The notes under the pieces are model-generated. The model was not told where the DNA came from and made no database searches. It saw only the letters and a list, made by a program, of their open reading frames with translations. DNA of 57,453 nucleotides from an uncultured virus (IMG/VR IMGVR_UViG_3300045996_004413). Lineage: Duplodnaviria; Heunggongvirae; Uroviricota; Caudoviricetes. Made by a program: the position numbers and the translations under genes. Location: IMG/VR virus record IMGVR_UViG_3300045996_004413. One strand, written 5' to 3'. How positions within the stretch are numbered: position 1 is the stretch's first letter; the number at the start of each line of letters is the position of its first letter. This document shows positions 1-7,964 of this stretch, piece by piece.

Positions 1-52
1 GCACACTCGGCGGTCGCGTACCTATTGGAAACAGCCGACAGGAGATCATCCC

Positions 53-1417
53 ATGGCACGGAACAACATCTGTCTCTTTGGTATCCGTCCGGACCGCATG
101 ACCCGCGAAAAGCAGAAGATCACCTTGGACGCCCCGGTCTCCCTGGGCGAAGGCGAGGTTAAGGTCTGGGGCCCTGACGGCGGCACCCTGATGTCCCTCC
201 GCAACGTCGAAATCATCACCCTCATGCCGATCGGCTACGACGGCAGGAAAAACCTCTACCAGCTCAATCGGATCTACGTCGCCGACGGCAACCGGTTCAA
301 CCCCGGCAGCCCCTTCATCCTCGACGCCGAGCGCCGGCAGTCCCAGACCCTCGACCCGTTCTGGGAAGAACAGCCCGGCGGCAAGAACAACTGGACCAAG
401 CCATCGCAGGGGGCAATGGACACCCTCGTGGCGCCGATGGTCGAATTGCTGGAAACCGCCGACCGGGTGTCCGAGCTTCCCACGATCTCCCGGCCCCAGT
501 TCTACGCGGGCTTCAACCGCGTGACGCTGGACTGCCTGCAGTTCAACCACGTGGAAGTCTTCCGGTGGGGCTGGCGGCACATCCAGGAAAAGTTCTGGGA
601 CCAGGAGCAGGTCATCACCAACGTCATGCGCAAGACTTCCGACGGCGGCGAAGAAGATTACGGGATGCTGTTCTCCCGCCTCCCCTGGGAAGGTGTCGAA
701 GAGACGCTGACCCGGGACACCGGCGGAGACCCCAAGATGATGTCGCTGCTGCCGCTGCTGCACGCCATCGTTCGCATCGCAATCTCGGAGCTTGACCCGG
801 TGGAAGAAGGCAAGTCCGCAAACCCCGTCGCCCACCTTCCGCTGACGTTCCTCAAGTCCACGATCGGCGTCAACGACGTGTACGTCCGCACCTCCCCGGT
901 GCAGCCGTATTACCTCGACCTGGATCCCCGGGATTACGACCAGATGGCCGGAACCTTCACCCAGTGCAACAACATGGACAAGTTGGCCCTGCGTCGCAAC
1001 GACGCCTCGCTGGTGTTCAGCGTGCCCGGTGTTGCCTACTTCCAGTTGTTCAACGGTGTTGGCCGGTCAAGGACCAACGGCGCCGCGATCCGCGCCAGCC
1101 GCATGATGAACGCCGGCAAGACGTTCGCCACGCGGATCGTCAAGAAGAAGCCCAAGTTCCAGACCGACCGCCCGGCGAAAGCCGCGCAGCGTCCCGAGCT
1201 GGTGACGGCCCAGGCGCAGGCGCGCGAAGCCGAGCAGGACATGGAGACCGCGGCCTTGGCGGCACCCAGCATGGGCGAGGTGCTCGGTGCCCAGCACCGT
1301 CAGGCGGCAAAGGTGCTGGCCGCCTTTGAATCCCTGATCCCCGAAGAAACCCCCAGCACCGGCGAAAAGAAAGGCGGGTTGGGCGACCAGCTCGGCCTGG
1401 ACCAGCCGGCACTGTAA
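53..1417 (+). CDS. Hypothetical protein (454 aa)
   Basis: AGGAGA SD upstream, strong GC3 codon bias, followed by a terminator; no family recognised. Confidence 0.85.
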   Translation: MARNNICLFGIRPDRMTREKQKITLDAPVSLGEGEVKVWGPDGGTLMSLRNVEIITLMPIGYDGRKNLYQLNRIYVADGNRFNPGSPFILDAERRQSQTLDPFWEEQPGGKNNWTKPSQGAMDTLVAPMVELLETADRVSELPTISRPQFYAGFNRVTLDCLQFNHVEVFRWGWRHIQEKFWDQEQVITNVMRKTSDGGEEDYGMLFSRLPWEGVEETLTRDTGGDPKMMSLLPLLHAIVRIAISELDPVEEGKSANPVAHLPLTFLKSTIGVNDVYVRTSPVQPYYLDLDPRDYDQMAGTFTQCNNMDKLALRRNDASLVFSVPGVAYFQLFNGVGRSRTNGAAIRASRMMNAGKTFATRIVKKKPKFQTDRPAKAAQRPELVTAQAQAREAEQDMETAALAAPSMGEVLGAQHRQAAKVLAAFESLIPEETPSTGEKKGGLGDQLGLDQPAL

Positions 1418-1432
1418 GCACTCCAGTGAAAG

Positions 1433-1473
1433 GAACCGGGTCGCGCTTATGCGTCCCCGGTTCTTTTTTTTTT
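1433..1473 (+). terminator. Intrinsic terminator
   Basis: GAACCGGG...CCCGGTTC stem followed by T10, just after the stop at 1417. Confidence 0.9.
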
Positions 1474-1484
1474 AGCTCTCAGAA

Positions 1485-1513
1485 TTGCAGCTATGCTCTG
1501 CTGTCGCTAGACT
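1485..1513 (+). promoter_or_regulatory. Sigma70-like promoter
   Basis: TTGCAG (1485-1490), 17 bp spacer, TAGACT (1508-1513); lies between the terminator and the TAAGGAG SD of the next gene. Confidence 0.65.
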
Positions 1514-1538
1514 CAGGTCAACCATAAGGAGCCTGGGC

Positions 1539-1823
1539 ATGACATCTTCTCCCAAAATCACCGACGCCGATCTCGCAAACCGTTTCACCTACCACGCCCC
1601 CAAGCCCGCCGTGGCGATGACCGCGGAAGTCGCCGCAGGCACTGTCCACACGGCCGTCGCACTCCCACAGACGGAACGGTATGCCGCAATTCGAGCCAAG
1701 CTCGAGGAGACGGCCAAGTTCATCCGAGACATGACCCCAGGTTCCCGCGAGCAGTCCCTCGTAATCACCAAGCTGGAAGAAGCGATGTTCTGGGCCAACG
1801 CCTCCATCGCGAGAAACGAATAA
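1539..1823 (+). CDS. Acb2/Tad1 hairpin-domain-like protein (putative cyclic-nucleotide sponge, anti-defence)
   Basis: Start moved to ATG 1539 (TAAGGAG SD). The sequence NRFTYHAPK...RYAAIR...SREQSLVITKLEEAMFWANASIARN resembles the SRE-x5-T-x2-EEA-x2-W helix of Tad1-type proteins. Confidence 0.6.
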   Translation: MTSSPKITDADLANRFTYHAPKPAVAMTAEVAAGTVHTAVALPQTERYAAIRAKLEETAKFIRDMTPGSREQSLVITKLEEAMFWANASIARNE

Positions 1824-1840
1824 CGCGGAGGAATCCCCCC

Positions 1841-2509
1841 ATGTCCCAGGCCCCCTCAACAGCCGGTCCCACCGGTCGGTTGGAATTTCTGTCTTCACCG
1901 GATGCCCGACGCGGCAACCTGCCCGGCGGCAAGCATAACCTGACCAGCGACATCCCGGTGCGGCCCATGCCCGAGAACACGAATATGGCCACGCCGCCGG
2001 ATACTGCGTGGATGGCGGCCACTGGCCTCAACATCAACAAACCCGCCCCGCCCCGGGGAGCGGCCCCTGCGGACACGGCGCCTGCCCCCAGCGGCGGCAT
2101 CGTCGAACTGGACATGACCGACGCCGAGGTGGAAGCCGAAGACGCAAAGCGGATCGAAGCTGTGCAGTTGCAGATTTCTCCGGCCTTGCCGCGACCTGTT
2201 CAGGCAGCCCCCCGGCTGATAGGCCGAGGGCAGGAGGCGGCGACACCAGTCGCATTTCATGTACCGGGCGGCACACTCCGTACGTCTTATCAACTGGTGG
2301 TGATAAACGAAGGTGAATCAGCTGTCATGCTGGGCGTATCTCACATGGCCCCCGGCATGGCAGTTTTTGAGCCAGAACCTGGGACAGACTTGAAAATCAC
2401 CGTTGGTGAAGGCGACGCCGCTGTCACATATCTCGTCATCAGTTGCGGAATCACCTTCAACCTTGATGGGTGGCGTCTGCTTGTGCTTCCGGTGAAGGCA
2501 AAGGCGTAA
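1841..2509 (+). CDS. Hypothetical protein (222 aa), Pro-rich N-terminus and beta-rich C-terminal domain
   Basis: GGAGG SD; continuous ORF downstream of the previous gene. Confidence 0.75.
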   Translation: MSQAPSTAGPTGRLEFLSSPDARRGNLPGGKHNLTSDIPVRPMPENTNMATPPDTAWMAATGLNINKPAPPRGAAPADTAPAPSGGIVELDMTDAEVEAEDAKRIEAVQLQISPALPRPVQAAPRLIGRGQEAATPVAFHVPGGTLRTSYQLVVINEGESAVMLGVSHMAPGMAVFEPEPGTDLKITVGEGDAAVTYLVISCGITFNLDGWRLLVLPVKAKA

Positions 2510-2660
2510 CCGCATTCACCTGCAGATACGCCGGCCTTGTTCGACTTTGTCCTTCTGGGCCAGCGTAAGAGCCGCCCGCCTGACACGATCCCGAGCGTTT
2601 TTTCGAGCACTGGCTGTTGATGGGGTTGCCGTCATACCCAGTGATCCTACGGCAATTATG

Positions 2661-2669
2661 TGGTATGCT
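2661..2669 (+). promoter_or_regulatory. Extended -10 promoter element
   Basis: TGGTATGCT (TGn-TATGCT) in the intergenic region upstream of the small ORF and portal; preceded by a TTGCCGT/ACGGCAA inverted repeat (2626-2655). Confidence 0.5.
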
Positions 2670-2701
2670 CAACAGGATGAGCTGAGGCAAGGAGTTGTTT
2701 C

Positions 2702-2863
2702 ATGATGACCAAAGACGGCAAAGTGCGAGAGAGCGTCACCAAGTGTGCCTGTGGCTTGCGGGCGACGTCGATCGTCGGCGGAGTGCCTACGTGCAACCGT
2801 GGCGTTAAGTGCCCAACCGCCGCCTCGCAGAAAGCCCTGAAGACCGCCAGTCGGTACCGCTGA
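2702..2863 (+). CDS. Small Cys-rich protein (53 aa), below the ORF track cutoff
   Basis: AAGGAG SD at 2689-2694; translates MMTKDGKVRESVTKCACGLRATSIVGGVPTCNRGVKCPTAASQKALKTASRYR. Confidence 0.6.
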   Translation: MMTKDGKVRESVTKCACGLRATSIVGGVPTCNRGVKCPTAASQKALKTASRYR

Positions 2864-2904
2864 TCTCCCGGCCCTTTCGCCCGCAGGGCAAGGAAGTATG
2901 AGCG

Positions 2905-4716
2905 ATGTCGCTTTTCACGCAATACAACGAGCCTTCAACTGCCGCCAGCGCCGGCGTGCTCGAGCGTCAGTCGAAGCAATTTCCCCAGCCGTGGCTCGAC
3001 CCCGCGTCCGCCCAGCTCCCCAGCGACATCACCCAGGTCTTTCGTTTCTGCGAGTTGCTCTGGTACTCCAACGGCATTTACTCCCAGGCAATGAACCGCA
3101 TCGCATCGTACTTCGTCACCCGTATCAAGATTGAAGGCGTCGACAACGAGAAGCACGACCGCTGGCAGGATTACCTGCAGAACGTGTTTTTCATCAACAA
3201 GTTCATGGTCAGCACCGGCCGGAACTTCCTCGCCTACGGCAACGTGATGATGACGCCCCGGGTCGCGGTCAGCCGCTTCCTGCGTTGCCCCTGCAACCAC
3301 ACCGCCCCGATCCAGCAGTGGAAGTACCGCTTCAACGCCGGCAAGTTCCGCCCCGAGGGCAAGGGCTGCCCGCGATGCCGCCGCACCAACGAACTGGAGC
3401 GGCTGGACTTCCGCCCCCTGAACCCCAAGTCGATCGACGTGCGGATCTGGAATCCCCACTCGATGAAACTCAAATACAACGGCATCACCGACCGGCTCGT
3501 GTACCGTCACATCCTCAGCCGCCAGGACGCGGAGATGATTCGCCGCGGCGACCCGGACATGCTGGAAGATACGCCGTGGGAATTTGTGGAAGCGGCGATG
3601 GAGCGGGTGCCGATCCGCGTGGCCAACGATCGCATGTACCACCTCAGGGACATGCCGCTGGCCGGCATCGACTCCCGCGGCGTGGGCGTGCCCCGCGGCA
3701 TGGCCAACTTCCGCCAGGCGTTTCTCACCCAGGTCCTCATGCGTCTGAACATGGTGCTGGGCCTGGAATACTCCACGCCCTTCCGCTCCGTGACGCCCGA
3801 ACCCGGCGGCAGCGAGGGTATGGATCCCAGCATGGGCAACGACCTGGGCGACGTGACGTCCCGGCTCACCGCCCTGCTTTCGGACTGGAAGCGGGATCCC
3901 GCAGCAATTCACACCTTCCCGATCCCCCTGCGGTACACCGCGTGGGGCGGCGAAGGCCTGCAGCTGGCAAGCCACCAGGTGCAGGAACAGGCCATGACCC
4001 AGTTGCTTACCGGCCTGGGTATCCCTGTCGATTTCTTCACCGGCTCGTTTAAGTCGGAACGCACCTTTGTTCCCACCCTCCGCCTGATGGAGCGCACGTG
4101 GGAAGAACTTGTCAGCAGCTACAACGCCACCCTGAGCTGGCTTGCCGAGACCCTCTCTGATCTCCTGCGCTGGGACAAGCCCAAGCTCACCATGGAATCG
4201 GTCACCACCGCCGACGACCTCGAGCTTCGCCAAATGCTCATGGACCTGTACATGCAGGGCCGGGTCAGCGGCACGACGGCGTTCGAGACGATCCAGAAAA
4301 ACCCCGTCGACGAAAACAAGAAGATGCTCGAGGAGCAGGTCGAAATGCAGGCCGACGCCGACAAGGCCAAGGCCAAGCAGGAAAAGGCCATGGGCAACCT
4401 CCAGCAGGTCAGCAGCACCTTCGCCCCGCCGCCGCAGCAGCCCGGGCAGCCAGGTGCTCCCGCCGACCCCAACCAGGCACAGACAGCTTCCCCCGGCTCG
4501 CCCGCGATGGGCAACACCCCTGTACGCCCACAGGACCTGCTGGAAAAGGCGCAGGCGAAGGCGACAGAGCTCCTGGCCAAGGCCCAGGAGCAGCGGAGGC
4601 CGGAGTTGAAACAATTGCAAGACACCGACCCATTGCTGCATGACGCGGTTGTGAAAGCGATGGAAGAACAGCGGTCGGCCCGTGGGTCGGATGCCGCGCA
4701 ATCACAACAAGGGTAG
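2905..4716 (+). CDS. Putative portal protein with zinc-ribbon-like insertion
   Basis: 603 aa, first large gene of the head module. It has a helical N-terminal segment (YSQAMNRIASYFVT), a GLGIPVDFF motif typical of portal C-terminal halves and a Gln/Pro-rich tail. Insertion: CPCNH...CPRC. Confidence 0.6.
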   Translation: MSLFTQYNEPSTAASAGVLERQSKQFPQPWLDPASAQLPSDITQVFRFCELLWYSNGIYSQAMNRIASYFVTRIKIEGVDNEKHDRWQDYLQNVFFINKFMVSTGRNFLAYGNVMMTPRVAVSRFLRCPCNHTAPIQQWKYRFNAGKFRPEGKGCPRCRRTNELERLDFRPLNPKSIDVRIWNPHSMKLKYNGITDRLVYRHILSRQDAEMIRRGDPDMLEDTPWEFVEAAMERVPIRVANDRMYHLRDMPLAGIDSRGVGVPRGMANFRQAFLTQVLMRLNMVLGLEYSTPFRSVTPEPGGSEGMDPSMGNDLGDVTSRLTALLSDWKRDPAAIHTFPIPLRYTAWGGEGLQLASHQVQEQAMTQLLTGLGIPVDFFTGSFKSERTFVPTLRLMERTWEELVSSYNATLSWLAETLSDLLRWDKPKLTMESVTTADDLELRQMLMDLYMQGRVSGTTAFETIQKNPVDENKKMLEEQVEMQADADKAKAKQEKAMGNLQQVSSTFAPPPQQPGQPGAPADPNQAQTASPGSPAMGNTPVRPQDLLEKAQAKATELLAKAQEQRRPELKQLQDTDPLLHDAVVKAMEEQRSARGSDAAQSQQG

Positions 4717-4722
4717 TACCAC

Positions 4723-5304
4723 ATGATGCACCTTCTTCTCGCGGCTGCTGCGACTCTCCCCGCTGATCAGGCGACGACACACAGCCTGTACAACAGCTGG
4801 ATCGCTATTGCGTCGATCCTTTCGCCGATCTGCCTGGGCTGGTGCATCCGGCAGGCTCGTGCCCTGCGGAAAAGCGAGAAACAAAACGCCCGCCTCGCCG
4901 CCCGCGCCCAGGTCTCCCGCTCGAGACTTGTCGCGATCGAAGCCCGGGCACAGAAGTACGCCCAGGAAACCCGCGCTGACTCGCTGAAGGTGCTGCTGGA
5001 CACCCTGGCCCTCCGGGACCGGGAGCGACTTGAGTTACAGGACACCGTCTCGCAGTTGAAGCGGGATAACGAAACTTTCAAAACCGCCTACAACGGCACG
5101 ATCTCGGAACTGGCATCGCTCAAGACCCAACTCGAGTCCACGCTGTCAGAGAACCGGGAATTGGTCAAAAAGGTTTCCGACGTTCTTGCCAAGAACAAGT
5201 ACCTGCAGGATCTGGCCGAAACCCAGGCAAAAACCATTAAGTCGCAGGAGCGGCGGATCCAGGCCTTGGAGGCTGCGTCAAAGACGGCGGAACCGCAATT
5301 ATGA
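4723..5304 (+). CDS. Membrane-anchored coiled-coil protein
   Basis: N-terminal hydrophobic segment (WIAIASILSPICLGWCI) followed by a long heptad coiled coil. Confidence 0.75.
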   Translation: MMHLLLAAAATLPADQATTHSLYNSWIAIASILSPICLGWCIRQARALRKSEKQNARLAARAQVSRSRLVAIEARAQKYAQETRADSLKVLLDTLALRDRERLELQDTVSQLKRDNETFKTAYNGTISELASLKTQLESTLSENRELVKKVSDVLAKNKYLQDLAETQAKTIKSQERRIQALEAASKTAEPQL

Positions 5305-5711
5305 ACGATTTCTGGCAATGGTATGTGGGCCCTTCGCGGCCCCAGGACGACCCGTTTTTCGGTTGCCTGATGATCGGTTGCTGCATCTGCCTGGTCCTCG
5401 GCTACGGCACGGTGATCCACCACCTGCGGTACGTCGCAGGCCTGGAAAACGATGAACACCTCCGCGACACCATGTTGGGCCTGCAGTGGCCGCTTCTGTG
5501 GGCAGCGATCTCGTCGCTCATCTTGCCCGTGGCCCTGGTCTGGTACCCCTTCTGGCGGCTGCTCACGGTTATCAACATGATCCGGGTGATCGTGCTGTTT
5601 GTTTACATCGCCCGTGTCACGCGGCTTACCAACCTGCGGCTGAGCGACAACGAGCTAGACGCGTTCGATGACGAGGTAGACCCCGGCTCCTACGACGAGG
5701 AGCAATCATGA
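5301..5711 (+). CDS. Small multi-pass membrane protein (holin-like candidate)
   Basis: Three hydrophobic segments, acidic C-tail, ATGA overlaps on both sides. Confidence 0.55.
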   Translation: MNDFWQWYVGPSRPQDDPFFGCLMIGCCICLVLGYGTVIHHLRYVAGLENDEHLRDTMLGLQWPLLWAAISSLILPVALVWYPFWRLLTVINMIRVIVLFVYIARVTRLTNLRLSDNELDAFDDEVDPGSYDEEQS

Positions 5712-6220
5712 GGCTGCACCCCTGCACCCCCGGCAGCTTCCTGTACCTCATCGTGTTCACCCTCGCGATGCTGTGCGTGGCCAGTTGCCTGAAACCGGAC
5801 ATCGCCGGCCTCAAGGGGGAGCTGCGAAACGAGATGAAGGCCGACATCCAGGCCGAGGTTAAGACCGTGGTCGACACCCGCATGTCCGGACTCAACACCG
5901 AGGTGGAGTCCATGGTCAAAGGCAAGATCGGCCAGCAGAACATCGGCATGTTCTCCGGCGGCGCCGGGATGATGCTGATTCTCTGCACCATCATCTTCGT
6001 ACTGCTTGCGGTCGTTGCGATTGCCTGCGTCGCGTTGAAGAAGGGCCGCACCAAAACCCAGAAGAAGGAAAAGCTGCTGCGGGTCTTCGCCAGCGGCGTC
6101 TCCCACGCGTCGGAGGCCCCCGTAGTAGAATCGATCATGAAGAACGCCAAGGACGCCGGAGTCGCCGGCGAAGCCACCAAGTATCTCGAGCAGGGCACCG
6201 ATGGCCGAGACCGAACCTAA
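5708..6220 (+). CDS. Lipoprotein with C-terminal transmembrane helix (unimolecular-spanin-like topology)
   Basis: Signal peptide ending in lipobox VAS-C, about 60 aa soluble segment, TM helix (LILCTIIFVLLAVVAIACVAL), then basic KKGRTKTQKK. Confidence 0.5.
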   Translation: MRLHPCTPGSFLYLIVFTLAMLCVASCLKPDIAGLKGELRNEMKADIQAEVKTVVDTRMSGLNTEVESMVKGKIGQQNIGMFSGGAGMMLILCTIIFVLLAVVAIACVALKKGRTKTQKKEKLLRVFASGVSHASEAPVVESIMKNAKDAGVAGEATKYLEQGTDGRDRT

Positions 6221-7964
6221 CCTCGCATTGCGCGACGAGCCAGAGACCCTGGCGTATCTCGCGTCACTCCCGGGAGTGCGAAAGCTTCTTGCTGCGCAAG
6301 TCCTGGAAGACTTCAAAAACGACGGCGCATCGCCCGAGACCCTGCAGCAGATCCAGCAGCAGATGGCGACCTCGCCGCAGACTTTCGAAGAGCTGCTTCG
6401 TGCCGCCGCAACCCCCGAGTTTCTGCAGGCCCGTGCCGCAGACGTGCTCAAGGCTGCCCCCGACGACGCGGTTGTTCGCAGCTACCTGAGCAAGGAACCA
6501 TCCCCCGCGCTGGGCGAGCAGAACCGGGCACTACACATCATCGGCAAGCGCATGGGCCTGTCCCCGGAACGGGTGCGGGACATCATTACCAGGGCCGGTA
6601 AAGAACCCACAGACAATTGGTTCACCAAGCTGACCCGCGACGCCGCCCCGGCGGCGGGGACGATCGCAAGCCAGCCACTTACCGGCAGGTTTTCGTCGGG
6701 AGTGGGGCCGGCGCTTTTCAACCTCGCCCGCACCCTGAGCCCCGAGGGCTCCGGCTGGAATTACAAAACCGCCCCCGAGCAGGCCCGCAAAGGCGGCATC
6801 GGGCAGGTGCTCCGGGCGACCACCCACCTTCCCCCCGACAAGCAGCGGGCCGCCCAGGAGTCCATGATCGAAGCGATCAACCGGGGGCACGACCAGCACG
6901 CGGAAGAGCTCACGGCCACGCAGAAAGCCTACGACGCCCCCCAAAGCCAGTCGGTCATGGATCCCACCGGCGGCATGCACATCGGTAAGCTTTTTGGCCT
7001 CACAGCTGCCAAGGAACCCACCACCGACGGCCAGAAATGGATCAACGCCGCCGAGAATACCGCGGGCCACCTGGTCGAGCCGTGGAACCTTGGACAGTGG
7101 AAAAACTTCCGCCCCGGCAAATTCCGTGGCGCCGTAAAGCCCATGATCCTTGCCAACACGGTGTTCGACGTCGGCAGCGATATCGCCCGCAACGCGAGTA
7201 GCGTCGACACGGCCAACGCCGGAAAAACCAACGGGGCCTGGGGTGCGATTTCCCAGACGCTCCTGAATACCGGCGGCGACGCACACCGGCGGACAGTCAA
7301 TGACGCCCCCCAGCTCGACGCCTCGCTGAAGACCAACAACTGGGGCCGCGGCTTCACCACGGCCGTGGAGCCGGCGGTGAACATCATCCAGGGTAAGAAC
7401 CTGGCGGCGTCGATCCCGCAGCTCGACAACCGGGTCGCCCAGTTGCTCAAGCTCACGCCCGATCAGCAAACACTTGCCGGCGCGGTCAACAGCTGGCGAG
7501 CCGGCAAAGGCTTTGGCACCGGATACGCCGAGGGGATCGATCAGCAAGGCAAGACGGTCGACACGGCCCTGAACAAGATTGAAAAGGGTTACCAGAATAT
7601 CGGCGGGCCCAACCAGAGCTTCCTGGGCGGTTTGTCGATCTACAAGCCCACCAACGTGTTTCGCGCCATGGGCGAGATCGCCGACTCCCGGGCGTACGTC
7701 AACAATGAGGCCCTCAAGACCCAGCAGGAAAACCAGCGGGCGATGGAAAAGGCCCAGCGAAACGTCACCTGGGGCACGAGCACCAGGGACCAGCGAGTGG
7801 CCGAAAATCAAAAGCTGCAACCAGGCGGATGGGACGGCGTCACCTGGGACCACCCCTCTTTCAAGAAAACCCCCACAACGCCCCCGGCAGCTACCACAGC
7901 TCAGCCGCCAGCGAGTACGATAGGGAAACCCCCGGGAGTGTTCGGCCGTGCCAATGCGAAGTAA
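6201..7964 (+). CDS. Hypothetical virion/internal protein (587 aa, Cys-free)
   Basis: Long ORF with phage codon bias; Gly/Ala/Gln/Thr-rich; no cysteine. Confidence 0.8.
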   Translation: MAETEPNLALRDEPETLAYLASLPGVRKLLAAQVLEDFKNDGASPETLQQIQQQMATSPQTFEELLRAAATPEFLQARAADVLKAAPDDAVVRSYLSKEPSPALGEQNRALHIIGKRMGLSPERVRDIITRAGKEPTDNWFTKLTRDAAPAAGTIASQPLTGRFSSGVGPALFNLARTLSPEGSGWNYKTAPEQARKGGIGQVLRATTHLPPDKQRAAQESMIEAINRGHDQHAEELTATQKAYDAPQSQSVMDPTGGMHIGKLFGLTAAKEPTTDGQKWINAAENTAGHLVEPWNLGQWKNFRPGKFRGAVKPMILANTVFDVGSDIARNASSVDTANAGKTNGAWGAISQTLLNTGGDAHRRTVNDAPQLDASLKTNNWGRGFTTAVEPAVNIIQGKNLAASIPQLDNRVAQLLKLTPDQQTLAGAVNSWRAGKGFGTGYAEGIDQQGKTVDTALNKIEKGYQNIGGPNQSFLGGLSIYKPTNVFRAMGEIADSRAYVNNEALKTQQENQRAMEKAQRNVTWGTSTRDQRVAENQKLQPGGWDGVTWDHPSFKKTPTTPPAATTAQPPASTIGKPPGVFGRANAK

